A stretch of 62,649 nt of DNA, counting the filler, from an uncultured bacterium (lineage in GTDB: Bacteria > B130-G9): the NCBI GenBank assembly GCA_965372715.1. It is 3 parts of 3 records of this genome, joined end to end, with 100 filler letters (N's around TTAATTAATTAA, not from the genome) between each part and the next. Parts side by side here need not be neighbours in the genome. Positions count along the whole stretch, not along the records: positions 1 to 21,891 come from CBDVDH010000060.1; positions 21,992 to 43,372 come from CBDVDH010000061.1; 1 more part is not named here. One strand, written 5' to 3'. Shown here piece by piece: positions 18,279 to 27,613 of the stretch. A program made the position numbers and the translations under genes. Below the pieces are notes generated by a model. The model did no database searches, was not told where the DNA came from, and saw only the letters and a list, made by a program, of their open reading frames with translations. Position 1 is the first letter of the stretch; each line of letters begins with the position of its first letter.

Positions 18279-18965
18279 TTATTTGAGCTGCAAGGCTTCC
18301 ACAAGGTCGAACTTCTGCCTCAGCTTCACAATTGTGTCCGGCGGAACGAAACCACGGACCAGCGAGCAGGCGTATATCTGCGACCGTTTGCCGACGACTG
18401 TCCCGGGGTTTAGCACAGCGTTGCAGCCTGTTTGAACGCCATCGCCCAGGATAGCGCCGAACTTAATCAGTCCGGTGTCGAAAACCTCTTCTCCCACCTT
18501 GATCTTGACCGTCTTATCGACTGTGATCTTGAAGTTGGATAGCTTGGTCCCCGCGCCGAGGTTCGCCTCGGCGCCCAGGATGCTGTCGCCGACGTAGTTG
18601 AAGTGAGGCGCATTTGAGGTGTTCAGAAAGACCGAGTTCTTTACTTCAGTGGAATGCCCAACGACACAGCCATCGCCGACAAGGATGGAGCCGCGAATGT
18701 AGGCGTTTTGCCGCACTTGACAGTTCTTGCCGATTATCGTCGGGCCATTGATGAAGGCGCCCGGCTCAACGACGGTTCCCTCACCGATGAATACGTCACC
18801 GATGATCGTAACGTTCGCCATTACCTGACCGTGAATCCCGGGCCTTATGACCGACTTTATGTAGCTGTCTATCTTCGGGAGCGCCTCCCACGCATACTCG
18901 AGTCCATCGAAAAGCGCCCGGTGCTCGAAATCACACAGTGTGAAGAGATCGTCCGGTGCAAACAT
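18279..18965 (-). CDS. Hexapeptide-repeat (LbH) acyltransferase, GlmU C-terminal-like
   Basis: Hexapeptide repeats; HFNYVGDSILG, NLGAGT and KFGAILGD motifs. Confidence 0.88.
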   Translation of the reverse strand: MFAPDDLFTLCDFEHRALFDGLEYAWEALPKIDSYIKSVIRPGIHGQVMANVTIIGDVFIGEGTVVEPGAFINGPTIIGKNCQVRQNAYIRGSILVGDGCVVGHSTEVKNSVFLNTSNAPHFNYVGDSILGAEANLGAGTKLSNFKITVDKTVKIKVGEEVFDTGLIKFGAILGDGVQTGCNAVLNPGTVVGKRSQIYACSLVRGFVPPDTIVKLRQKFDLVEALQLK

Positions 18966-19065
18966 CGTAAGCTCCTAACTTGACAAGACGCCAGAGTACA
19001 TCCGTCGAAACATCGTGCGCTGATAGGCTAGCTTAGAACCTATCAGTTGGGACTCATAACGCAAT

Positions 19066-20037
19066 TCAATCCTCGTATGCAAGAGCGTAAAGCACGTCAC
19101 CAACAGCCTTAAGCGAGTCCTTGCTGCAATTATCAACTGTATCTTCCATAGTATGCCAAACTGGATAGTCGAAATCTATTATGTCTATCATCGGGACCCC
19201 AGCCCTGTTGAACCAGATATGATCGTCGAACACCGCCGGTCCGAGCTCGTCCTTGAACTGCGAGCATCCGAGGCGCCTCGCCAGGGCCCAGACTTTAGCG
19301 ACGATTTGGGGCGCGGCTGCCACCGAGTACCTTTCCATGGGGATAGACAGGTCCTTATCGCCTATCATGTCGATCAGCACGCCGAAGCTGGGCCGCTTGG
19401 AGAAAACTGAGTCGAGGTTTTGAGCAAGATAGTAAGAACCGATGCAGTACTCGCATTCCTCGTAGTCTCCGGAATCCTCTGCATCCAGAAATACGAGGGA
19501 CACGTTTCTTGGCGGCGGTTTCTCATGGAATAGCGTCGCCAGTTCAAGTAGGACGGCCACGCCGGATGCGCCGTCGTTTGCGCCGGGTATCGGTTTGTGC
19601 CTGCTGTTGGGGTCTGGGTCTTTGTCCGCGATAGGTCTTGTGTCCCAGTGGCAGCAGAAAAGAACCGGGGCCGAGTCGCCGCCGACTTCGCCATAGTAGC
19701 TCGCAGAGCTACGACGGCTGAACTTGCCGAAACTGGCTACTATGTTTGTCCCGTTGATAGACTCGCCATAGCATTCAATAGGGAATTGCTGCGTTTGGAG
19801 CGACTTGGCGTTAGCTGAGAGATGACGAACGATGTAATCAAGGCATTCGAGATGTCCTGCCGTGCCCGGAACTCTTGGGCCAAAGTCAACCTGCGTCACC
19901 AAGTGCGAAAAAGCCCTACGCGCGTTAAATGGGCGCATTGGAGGCGAGGCATCTTGCTTCTTGTCCCGTCCCTGCTGCTGACAGCCAAGCAGCAATATGA
20001 CTGCTAGCAGCGTAGCGGCTGTTCTCAGCCAACCCAT
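19066..20037 (-). CDS. M28 family peptidase / glutaminyl cyclase-like lipoprotein
   Basis: Lipobox LLGC; FGPRVPG, HWDTR, GANDGASG, DAED, DMIG, DDH and WHT motifs; start trimmed to MGWLR. Confidence 0.9.
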   Translation of the reverse strand: MGWLRTAATLLAVILLLGCQQQGRDKKQDASPPMRPFNARRAFSHLVTQVDFGPRVPGTAGHLECLDYIVRHLSANAKSLQTQQFPIECYGESINGTNIVASFGKFSRRSSASYYGEVGGDSAPVLFCCHWDTRPIADKDPDPNSRHKPIPGANDGASGVAVLLELATLFHEKPPPRNVSLVFLDAEDSGDYEECEYCIGSYYLAQNLDSVFSKRPSFGVLIDMIGDKDLSIPMERYSVAAAPQIVAKVWALARRLGCSQFKDELGPAVFDDHIWFNRAGVPMIDIIDFDYPVWHTMEDTVDNCSKDSLKAVGDVLYALAYED

Positions 20038-20655
20038 ACGTGTTGCTCGTCGCAATTGTCCACCCAGATACAGTGAGCTTTCCCAGCCAATGTTTTGAAT
20101 CATCGATATCCCTTGTTGGGTCCCCCCGGTCAGTTGTAACAAGGCCGCGTTAGCGTTTCCCGTCGGCATCTCTTGGTCATTCGGAAGCGTTGCGAAGCGA
20201 TCTTCTGTGACCGGACCGCACGCTTTTTTTCTCACCTGATCGTAAACGAACGGGACAAGGTCGTCAACTTCGGCCTTTAGGACGGGTTTCCGTAGTCCGG
20301 AAGTCTGGCTCGAAAAACATTTGACATTCAAGTCTGTCTTTGTTTAATCTTGGAATCTGGATTTGGTTGCTGTGTTTGTGAACTTGTGCACTGGGGTCGA
20401 GTCAGCCTAGGGTAGCGATTGGCAAACGATCACTTTCGGAGGACGTGAAGGAGGTGATTGGTAGAGCTGGGAGATTGGCGAGTAGCAATCTTGTGTGGCG
20501 ACGGTGATCACAAACAGTGGTGTCCCGTTCGTAGGATATTAGGAGTGAGCTCGTTTGCTATGTCGAAGATAGTATTGCTGCGACCCATTGAAGACGAAAG
20601 GTCCGGAAATTCATTTCGTAATTGTTCAACCTAAGGAAGAGGAGACACGCAAGCG

Positions 20656-21705
20656 ATGACTAGGAGAACAGCAATCTGGCTGTTGGTGATGGCGGTTGCT
20701 CTCACCGGAAGTTGTGCGTTTGGCGACCTTCTGACCGTGAAGCACGAACACGGCGAGCTCAGGCTGGAAGGTTTGATTACGGTCTATTATGCGGAGTTCG
20801 AGGATGATAACATCGCCGATACGTTTGAGTTGAGGCGTGGTTTTGTCTGGCTCGGTGTCGCGGGCTCTGTATATGAGAAGATCGATTTCGGTCTGTTGAT
20901 GCAGTTGGATCACTCCGCGACGTTGTTGGATGCCTGGATCAAGCTGAAGTACATTCCGAATGTTGATCTGACTTTTGGGCAGATGTGGAAGCCGGTTACC
21001 TATGAGGCGCTGACATCTACAGCCGCGCTGCCCTTCATCAACTATGCAGCGCCAACCCAATGGTTGATGAACACAGGAATCGTTAGCCGAGACGTCGGGG
21101 CCAAGGCCACGTTTCATCTTGACAAGGATGATTTCACGATGCTCCTTCTTGAGGGCGGTGCATTCAACGGAACGGGCATCAATCAGAGCGACAACAACGA
21201 CCAGAAGGACTGGGTTGTAAGAACCTGTCTGCAGCCTATCGAGGGCATCAAGTTCTTCGGCAACTACACCCGTGGCACGCACGGGGCAAAGGTCTTCGGG
21301 ATGGGTCACGATGAACACCAGCAGTACAGCGCGGGCTTTGCCATTGACTATGAAGGGCTCGACATGGTAGGAGAGTGGATGGGTCTGCACAACCACAACC
21401 TCCTGGTGCTTGACGAGGCCATGAACGGGTATGGCTGGTATCTGCATTTGGGCTACAAGATCGAAACGGGATACGACTATTTCCGGACGATTGAGCCAAT
21501 TGTCAGGTATGAGTATTTGGATCCGGATACGGATAGGTATGTAATCAACGATCTTGGAAGGTTGCTTACCTACGGACTCAACATCTTCATCGATGACAAC
21601 TACGCCAGGCTGCAGCTCAACTACATTTGGAACATCAACGACACTGGTCCGGGCCGTGAGCTCGCGGACAACGTCTTCATAGCTCAGCTGCAAGGGCATT
21701 TCTAG
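20656..21705 (+). CDS. Outer-membrane porin (phosphate-selective porin O/P-like)
   Basis: Signal peptide; FELRR, LLDAW, FGQ and RDVG motifs; amphipathic beta-strands; terminal Phe. Confidence 0.85.
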   Translation: MTRRTAIWLLVMAVALTGSCAFGDLLTVKHEHGELRLEGLITVYYAEFEDDNIADTFELRRGFVWLGVAGSVYEKIDFGLLMQLDHSATLLDAWIKLKYIPNVDLTFGQMWKPVTYEALTSTAALPFINYAAPTQWLMNTGIVSRDVGAKATFHLDKDDFTMLLLEGGAFNGTGINQSDNNDQKDWVVRTCLQPIEGIKFFGNYTRGTHGAKVFGMGHDEHQQYSAGFAIDYEGLDMVGEWMGLHNHNLLVLDEAMNGYGWYLHLGYKIETGYDYFRTIEPIVRYEYLDPDTDRYVINDLGRLLTYGLNIFIDDNYARLQLNYIWNINDTGPGRELADNVFIAQLQGHF

Positions 21706-21764
21706 AAAACCACTGGATACCTGCGTTGGTGGGCTACGTAGAGTAAGACAGCTCATTATAGACG

Positions 21765-21797
21765 GGGCAGGCAACAGCTGAGTTGTCTGCCCTTTTT
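21765..21797 (+). terminator. Intrinsic terminator
   Basis: GGGCAGGCAAC-N6-GTTGTCTGCCC followed by TTTTT. Confidence 0.8.
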
Positions 21798-21827
21798 GTT
21801 TTCTTGGGTTGGACGGCAAATTGGCAC

Positions 21828-21891
21828 GTAGGGGCGGTGCTTGCCCCGCCCTTCTCTGATGTGACCGAACGTATGATGGGCGGGGCAAGCA
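21828..21891. repeat. GTAG-type REP pair, truncated by the contig end
   Basis: GTAGGGGCGGTGCTTGCCCCGCCC..GGGCGGGGCAAGCA. Confidence 0.85.
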
Positions 21892-21991
21892 NNNNNNNNN
21901 NNNNNNNNNNNNNNNNNNNNNNNNNNNNNNNNNNNTTAATTAATTAANNNNNNNNNNNNNNNNNNNNNNNNNNNNNNNNNNNNNNNNNNNN
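21892..21991. other. Artificial contig-joining spacer
   Basis: 100-nt N run containing TTAATTAATTAA (stop codons in all six frames). Confidence 0.97.
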
Positions 21992-22032
21992 TGGGTCACA
22001 TCAGAGAAGGGCGGGGCAAGCACCGCCCCTAC
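21992..22032 (-). repeat. GTAG-type REP
   Basis: Reverse complement of GTAGGGGCGGTGCTTGCCCCGCCCTTCTCTGATGTGACC. Confidence 0.85.
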
Positions 22033-22041
22033 CGGCCTACC

Positions 22042-23238
22042 TCAGCCGGGCAAAAGTTCCCAGGTATCGCCTTTTGGCTTGACGTGAAAGAATCGCATCG
22101 CTCTGAAACTCAACGGTTTTGAATCGAGTTTGAACGAGAGCAGCCTTTTTTCTGGGAAATAGACGTTCTGGAACACGTCGCCCGCCTCGGTCTCAATTAT
22201 GACGGCCACGGGAACATCCTCGCTCATCACGTCGCCGATATTGCTCAGCCGAAGCATCACCTCAAACGCGCCGTCGGCAAGCGGCTTGACCCTCTTCGCG
22301 ACTTCGAACTCTGCCGCCCTCGCCCCGACGAGCCAGTGGTCGAAGAACTCCCCAATTTTCGCCCAGTATTCCATCGGGAAAACGTCTTTGGCGCCGATAT
22401 GCTCTGTCCCGGGCGCCACCCATAGATACTTGGGCACCCTTGCCTTCTTGTAGAGCTTCCGGGCCATATCAGCGGGGCAAAGCGTATCATTCTCGTTCGC
22501 AATAATGAAAACCGGCTTGGGCGATAATTCGGCGACTGATTTTATCGGGTCGAACTCGTCCGTGATCTCCTCGTCATCGGGAACTTCGCCCGCCAGCTGA
22601 GGCGCCCGCATCTTGATGATGCGTGGGACCATCTCAGCAAACGACGAGAAGGGGGAATCAGCGACTATCGCGTCAACGGCGTCGAGGTCAGCCGCAACGT
22701 TTATCCCAATGGCGCCGCCGATCGATACACCAAGAATGCCAATGCGGGACGCAGCGTTCCCGAAGTTCTGTTTCGCGTGCTTCACGGCCGCTGCGACGTC
22801 CTTTTCAATCGTGAGAAACGATGCGCTGCCGCCGGAAAGGCCTGTGCCGCGGTAGTCGAACGCCAGCACGTTGTAGTTTAGACCCTGGAGGCGCTTGATC
22901 ATGTCCAGCCACAGGCCGATGTTGCCCGCCGCGCCTCGGCAGAACACGATCGTTACCCTTGCCTGACCGCTCGGGACAAACCAGCCGGCCAGGTTCACGC
23001 CATCCTCGGTCGCTATCACGGCGTCGGTGAATTGGAGGCCCACGTCCTTCGGGGACTTGATTGGTGCGCCCGTGTCCGCCATCATCGCCTCGGCCAATCG
23101 TTCGTCGAGGAACGCCTCCCAATCAATTGTATAGACGAGAACAACTATCACAATCGCGAGGGCGGCAATCGCGAGGACCGCAATCGTTGCTAGCCCTATC
23201 AATGATCTCTTCTTATTGCTTCTTGATGGATTCGTCAC
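22042..23238 (-). CDS. Membrane-anchored alpha/beta hydrolase
   Basis: N-terminal TM helix; FDYRGTG, GVSIGG nucleophile, D and H of the triad; AAGGAGG RBS before the GTG at 23238. Confidence 0.88.
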   Translation of the reverse strand: MTNPSRSNKKRSLIGLATIAVLAIAALAIVIVVLVYTIDWEAFLDERLAEAMMADTGAPIKSPKDVGLQFTDAVIATEDGVNLAGWFVPSGQARVTIVFCRGAAGNIGLWLDMIKRLQGLNYNVLAFDYRGTGLSGGSASFLTIEKDVAAAVKHAKQNFGNAASRIGILGVSIGGAIGINVAADLDAVDAIVADSPFSSFAEMVPRIIKMRAPQLAGEVPDDEEITDEFDPIKSVAELSPKPVFIIANENDTLCPADMARKLYKKARVPKYLWVAPGTEHIGAKDVFPMEYWAKIGEFFDHWLVGARAAEFEVAKRVKPLADGAFEVMLRLSNIGDVMSEDVPVAVIIETEAGDVFQNVYFPEKRLLSFKLDSKPLSFRAMRFFHVKPKGDTWELLPG

Positions 23239-23839
23239 CAGAATCAATCCTCCTTCTGCCCTGAACGGCCTTTCCAAGCGTCATTTCGTCCACAAACTCC
23301 AGAGGTCCCCCCATCGGCACTCCATACGCAATTCTGCTGACAGCAATGCCCAGCTCGGCGACCACCCGTGCCAGGTAGTTGGCGGTCGCCTCGCCCTCAA
23401 CGTCCGTGCCGGTCGCTATTATGACTTCCTTCACCTTGCCGCTCTTCAGGCGCTTGAGCAGGGCCTCTATCGTCAGGTCCTCCGGCCCGATGCCAGAAAG
23501 CGGCGAGATCTTCCCTAGCAGGACGTGATACAGCCCGTTGTATTCACGCGAGCGTTCGACGGCAGCGATGTCCCGCGCCGTCTCCACGACGCACAACGTT
23601 GTCCTGTCCCGCTCGTCGGCTGAACAGATTGCGCAGAGCTCGCCAGACGACAGGTTGAAGCAGAGCTCGCATCGACCGACCTTCTCCCGAGCCGACACGA
23701 TCGCTTTGACCAACGATCTGGCCGACTTCTCGGGCATCTTGAGGATGAACAATGCAAGCCGCTCCGCTCCGCGCCTCGAGATGCCGGGCAGACGCGCAAG
23801 CTGCGTTACGAGGCTTGCGAATTGACGAGGGTAGCCCAT
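23213..23839 (-). CDS. recR: Recombination mediator RecR
   Basis: LPGI, CELC..CAIC zinc finger, YHVLLG.ISP, EGEATA. Confidence 0.96.
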   Translation of the reverse strand: MGYPRQFASLVTQLARLPGISRRGAERLALFILKMPEKSARSLVKAIVSAREKVGRCELCFNLSSGELCAICSADERDRTTLCVVETARDIAAVERSREYNGLYHVLLGKISPLSGIGPEDLTIEALLKRLKSGKVKEVIIATGTDVEGEATANYLARVVAELGIAVSRIAYGVPMGGPLEFVDEMTLGKAVQGRRRIDSGDESIKKQ

Positions 23840-23840
23840 T

Positions 23841-24158
23841 TTACAGCTTGTTCAGTATCTGCGGCGGCAGACCCATTTGCTTCGCGAACTTGCCCATCTC
23901 CTGAGCCATCAGCTCCTTCGACTTTCGCAGCGCGTCGTTGACCGCAGAAAGCACAAGGTCCTCCAGCATATCGACGTCGTCAGGATCAATGACCTCCTTG
24001 TCGAGCGAGATTGAGATGATCTCCTGAGCGCCGTTGGCCACGACCGTAACCATACCGCCCCCGACGGTGGCCTCAACCGTCTTCTGCCGAACAGCCGCCT
24101 GCGCCTCGGCCATCTTATCCTTAACCTTCGCCATCTGCTTAAAAATGTTCAGATTCAT
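23841..24158 (-). CDS. ybaB: YbaB/EbfC nucleoid-associated protein
   Basis: GGGMVTV, DPDDVDMLEDLV; immediately upstream of recR. Confidence 0.94.
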   Translation of the reverse strand: MNLNIFKQMAKVKDKMAEAQAAVRQKTVEATVGGGMVTVVANGAQEIISISLDKEVIDPDDVDMLEDLVLSAVNDALRKSKELMAQEMGKFAKQMGLPPQILNKL

Positions 24159-24499
24159 ACGTATTCCCCTCTTGGATCATAAATTGCGATGCTACCGCCC
24201 CATCCAGGCAATCCTTGCACATCCGAATGTTGATCGTCAACTGCGCGAAAGGAGAATTCGTATCGGCGTCCACAGGAGAGCTAATCTACAGCTCAGACAA
24301 ATCAGCTCGGACGACGAGTCTCGCTAGGAATTATGTCCTTGAGATTCTCAGAGTTATTCGCCTATGATTGTACCGGTTAGGGCTAGATCATGCCACGACG
24401 TGAGAGGATAGACCAATTCTGAAGGAACACAGCGATCCGGTCAGAACGTGTAGTGCGCATTCCTCTGATTGCAGCATCGAGGAAGCGTTTTGCAAGGGA

Positions 24500-26116
24500 G
24501 TGCCCCATACAGAGAGAAAAAGCAGAGGGCAATTTTTTACGCCGACGCATATCGCTGACCTCATGTCACGGTGGGTATTGGCTTCTAATCCTAAACGCAT
24601 ACTGGATCCTGGTTCCGGAACATACGTCTTTGAGCGCAGTATCTCTCGTCTCGCGAGCTCCGATGTCGAGATAGATGCTTACGAGATTGACTCCCCAATC
24701 ATATCTTTCAGTAACCCGATTCTGGCCCAGCTGAGGAAGAAAGCGAAGGTCAAGCTGTTTCAAGAGGACTTTATGACCTCGCCTTTCACCCCTAAATACG
24801 ACGGTATCATTTGTAATCCACCATATCTGAAGCACCACTATGTTCCCAAGCGAAGAACATACCTACGTCTTCTGAGAGACGAATCATCTATTTCGGTCAG
24901 CCTCAACACCAACCTCTATTGCCTATTCATGATAAAGGCCATGCTCCGGCTCTCAGACAAGGGTAGAATGGCGTTCATTACACCAAGCGAGTTCTTGAAT
25001 GCGAATTACGGCGTAGCAGTTAAGAAGTTCCTGCTCAGAACAAACAGATTGGCATTCATTATCGTATTCGATTTTAGATTATCCGTGTTTTCCGACGTCT
25101 TGACTACGGCGTGCATAACGCTGTTTGGTCAGCCAAGAGCCTCGTCCGCCCCGGTCACGTTCATAAGAGTTGGTGATGAACTTGACGCAGATGAGGTCTG
25201 GGGATTGATCTGCGGGGACATCGCCATCCCATCCGGGTCAACCGATGTTTTCTCCAAGAGGATTGATGAACTGGATCCCGCTGTGAAGTGGAGAAGCTAC
25301 TTCGAGACCCGGCATTCTGGGAGCATTCTTGTTCCATTTACCAAATACGCTAGAGTAATGCGGGGAATCGCAACGGGCTCCAACAAGTACTTCACGTTCT
25401 CCAAATCAGACCTAGTTCGTTATGGCATAAGTCGAAGATACATCGTTCCATGCATTACTAAAGCCCTACACGCGCGTTCCAACATTTTCGTTGAAGAGAA
25501 CCTGAAGCAACTGATTGCGAAAAACAGAAAGGCATTCTTGCTTTACGCGAACGGATTGGAGCCTGACCCTAACCTGAGAGGGTATCTGCAACTTGGTCGG
25601 AAGGAGGGAGTAGACAAGAGGTATCTGACGCGACATCGGTCACCCTGGTGGTCGTCCGAACAGAGAGTTCCGGCGCCAATTCTGGTCACCGTCTTTGGTC
25701 GGAAGGGTCTCAGGTTTGTTCGAAACGAGTCCGAAGCTCGGAACCTCACGTGTTTTCACTCGATCTATCCGACTTTTCTGGGCAAAGGTTTTCTCAACAT
25801 AATGATGGCGTATTTGCTCACGGATTTTGCGCAACGTCTGGTCAGCGCTGAAAAAAGACAATATGGCGACGGGCTGGAGAAGCTTGAGCCAAACGATATT
25901 AACAAGAGTCTAGTTGTAGATTTTAGTCAATTGCCGGGAGCTCTGCTACACAACATCGAGGAGCTCTACGGCCTATGGCGTAAGAGCACACTAGGTGGTG
26001 ACTCGTCCCGAGCGGAGCAGATCCGGTCAGACCTGGATCGCATCTTCGAGGATGTAGCTCTCAGCTCAGGACAGAAAGTGTCCGCCAAATCTCAGCTATC
26101 GCTCCAATTCAGCTAG
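24500..26116 (+). CDS. Gamma-class N6-adenine DNA methyltransferase (type II R-M); true start may lie upstream
   Basis: GQFFTP, LDPGSGT, ICNPPY, ITPSEFL and RGIATG motifs. Confidence 0.92.
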   Translation: MPHTERKSRGQFFTPTHIADLMSRWVLASNPKRILDPGSGTYVFERSISRLASSDVEIDAYEIDSPIISFSNPILAQLRKKAKVKLFQEDFMTSPFTPKYDGIICNPPYLKHHYVPKRRTYLRLLRDESSISVSLNTNLYCLFMIKAMLRLSDKGRMAFITPSEFLNANYGVAVKKFLLRTNRLAFIIVFDFRLSVFSDVLTTACITLFGQPRASSAPVTFIRVGDELDADEVWGLICGDIAIPSGSTDVFSKRIDELDPAVKWRSYFETRHSGSILVPFTKYARVMRGIATGSNKYFTFSKSDLVRYGISRRYIVPCITKALHARSNIFVEENLKQLIAKNRKAFLLYANGLEPDPNLRGYLQLGRKEGVDKRYLTRHRSPWWSSEQRVPAPILVTVFGRKGLRFVRNESEARNLTCFHSIYPTFLGKGFLNIMMAYLLTDFAQRLVSAEKRQYGDGLEKLEPNDINKSLVVDFSQLPGALLHNIEELYGLWRKSTLGGDSSRAEQIRSDLDRIFEDVALSSGQKVSAKSQLSLQFS

Positions 26117-26968
26117 AAAAGCAGGCACGTCGAGAGTGGCCTTCCCCCCTTTGAACTTGACGTAATAGAGCAGCCTTCCTCGGTCCAGCTCTTTGACATT
26201 GCTGAAGTGCTCAGGACGTTCCATCCTTCTTGAAACCAGGACCCCCTGATTCACATCAATGTGAATTGTTGATTTGAATTGGTTCTTTGCGTTCTTCTCC
26301 ACCGTGTAGATGCTGTTTCTGTTGTCTGGATCGCTTATGATCTCAAGAATCTTGCGAAATGAGATAGCATAGATCCGATCGAAGAACACCTGCACATAGA
26401 AGTGCTTTACGCTGTAGTTCATAATCCATTTGTGGATAACCAACAAGTCCTCTGCTTTGGGCGTGAAACTCAAGAACTTCCTGGCCATTCGACCGCTCCC
26501 ACTCCGCACATGCTTGTCGTAGCTATTGACCAGGAAAGCGCTTGAACGCACCTCAAGTGCGGCGATAGCCTTCCGTGCAATCTTGTCCAGCTGGTCGTCT
26601 GGTCTAAGGCTAATATCAAGATTCCAAGAATCCTCGTATTCATCGACATGAAACAGCAGAAGGTCTGGTTTCTTTCCGATCGAGTCCAGTTCGTTTTGGT
26701 ATGACTCGTAGAACTCTTTGAACCCAGGGTCCCCGGCTGTTATCTCGTCAGATCGTCCGTATTTGACTGCTTCTAGACTCGGCACGGACATATTGATAGC
26801 TCTTTGAACCATGTTTTCTGCCCAGTCGCCCTGCTCCCGGTTGGTCAAGAAGTTAGAGACAGCCAGGGTTGGAGTTCTCCCTCTCACCCTCGGCTTCGAC
26901 ACGTCCACAACCTCTGAGGGAATCTTCAAGAAAAGATCATGGACAATCTCTTGATACTTCGTTTTCAT
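26096..26968 (-). CDS. AccI-family type II restriction endonuclease
   Basis: FLTNREQGDWAE, GKKPDLL, EVRSS, KNQFK; convergent with the MTase. Confidence 0.8.
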   Translation of the reverse strand: MKTKYQEIVHDLFLKIPSEVVDVSKPRVRGRTPTLAVSNFLTNREQGDWAENMVQRAINMSVPSLEAVKYGRSDEITAGDPGFKEFYESYQNELDSIGKKPDLLLFHVDEYEDSWNLDISLRPDDQLDKIARKAIAALEVRSSAFLVNSYDKHVRSGSGRMARKFLSFTPKAEDLLVIHKWIMNYSVKHFYVQVFFDRIYAISFRKILEIISDPDNRNSIYTVEKNAKNQFKSTIHIDVNQGVLVSRRMERPEHFSNVKELDRGRLLYYVKFKGGKATLDVPAFLAELER

Positions 26969-27171
26969 GTTTCGAGTAGTTTCGATGGCGTGACGCCTAA
27001 CGCCTTGGCGATTTTCTCAATGTTTCTGATAGACACATTTCTCGTGCCCCGCTCCACGTCGCTCATATAAGTCCTATGTAGGCCGGCCTTGAACGCGAGC
27101 TCTTCCTGGGAGATGCCCTTCTCTTTTCTAAGCTGCTTGATTCTTATCCCGAGTTGCGTCTGTATGTTCAT
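26965..27171 (-). CDS. R-M controller (C) protein, XRE helix-turn-helix
   Basis: ISQEELAFKAGLHRTYMSDVERGTRNVS; ATGA overlap with the REase gene. Confidence 0.9.
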   Translation of the reverse strand: MNIQTQLGIRIKQLRKEKGISQEELAFKAGLHRTYMSDVERGTRNVSIRNIEKIAKALGVTPSKLLET

Positions 27172-27224
27172 TGTTGATCCGTAACTTATTGACTGCATGT
27201 TAGTTGATGCCTCTCTCCCCATTC

Positions 27225-27244
27225 CACAGACTATAAGTGACATC
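27225..27244 (-). promoter_or_regulatory. C-box operator
   Basis: GATGTCACTTATAGTCTGTG on the minus strand, resembling the GACT-TAT-AGTC C-box, upstream of the C gene. Confidence 0.7.
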
Positions 27245-27255
27245 AACAATCTGGG

Positions 27256-27408
27256 CCGCCATTGCCACGCTTAACGAAATGGACTATCTTCTCAGTTGGA
27301 ACTTCAGGCATATTGTTAGGACGAGAACGCGCCGGATCGTTAACGCAGTGAATCTTCTGCGGGGCTATCCTGACATCCAGATCGTCTCGCCCGCGGAGAT
27401 TCTATAAG
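27256..27408 (+). pseudogene. 3' remnant of a PIN-domain protein gene
   Basis: Translates AAIATLNEMDYLLSWNFRHIV...VNLLRGYPDIQIVSPAEIL*; no 5' part is present. Confidence 0.75.
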
Positions 27409-27424
27409 GTTTGGAGGTTTGCCT

Positions 27425-27610
27425 ATGACTGATAGAGACGAGCTCTGGGATAAGGTGGTTAAGGACTTCCCCGAGGATACGGCCCTCCAGGAAGTCCACT
27501 ACGCTCGGCTGAAGATACACGAACAGACGCGGGGGATGTCGGACGAGGAATTCGTTCAGTTCATAAAGGCCCAGGCCGAAACTAGCCGTTCGGTTGCTCG
27601 ACGATCCTGA
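27425..27610 (+). CDS. Small hypothetical protein, putative partner (antitoxin) of the PIN gene
   Basis: GGAGG RBS; 61-aa helical ORF directly after the PIN remnant. Confidence 0.55.
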   Translation: MTDRDELWDKVVKDFPEDTALQEVHYARLKIHEQTRGMSDEEFVQFIKAQAETSRSVARRS

Positions 27611-27613
27611 GGC

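Noticed and set aside
20038-20655. 98-aa N-terminal extension of the M28 ORF, and a short ORF after AAGGAGGTGA
   Set aside because: The lipoprotein signal begins at 20037; the short ORF has no RBS spacing and no protein-like features
20626-21888. Long antisense ORFs (this one, 3648-4616, 13330-14070, 27692-28462, 33381-34232, 55549-56301, 58533-59318)
   Set aside because: Shadow ORFs of well-supported genes in high-GC DNA, with no motifs of their own
21892-21991. TTAATTAATTAA palindrome within N runs (also 43373-43472), and the apparent inverted REP pair spanning the gap
   Set aside because: Synthetic contig linker; cross-gap adjacency is not biological evidence
24159-24390. dnaX remnant upstream of ybaB
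   Set aside because: No DnaX-like translation was found on the minus strand
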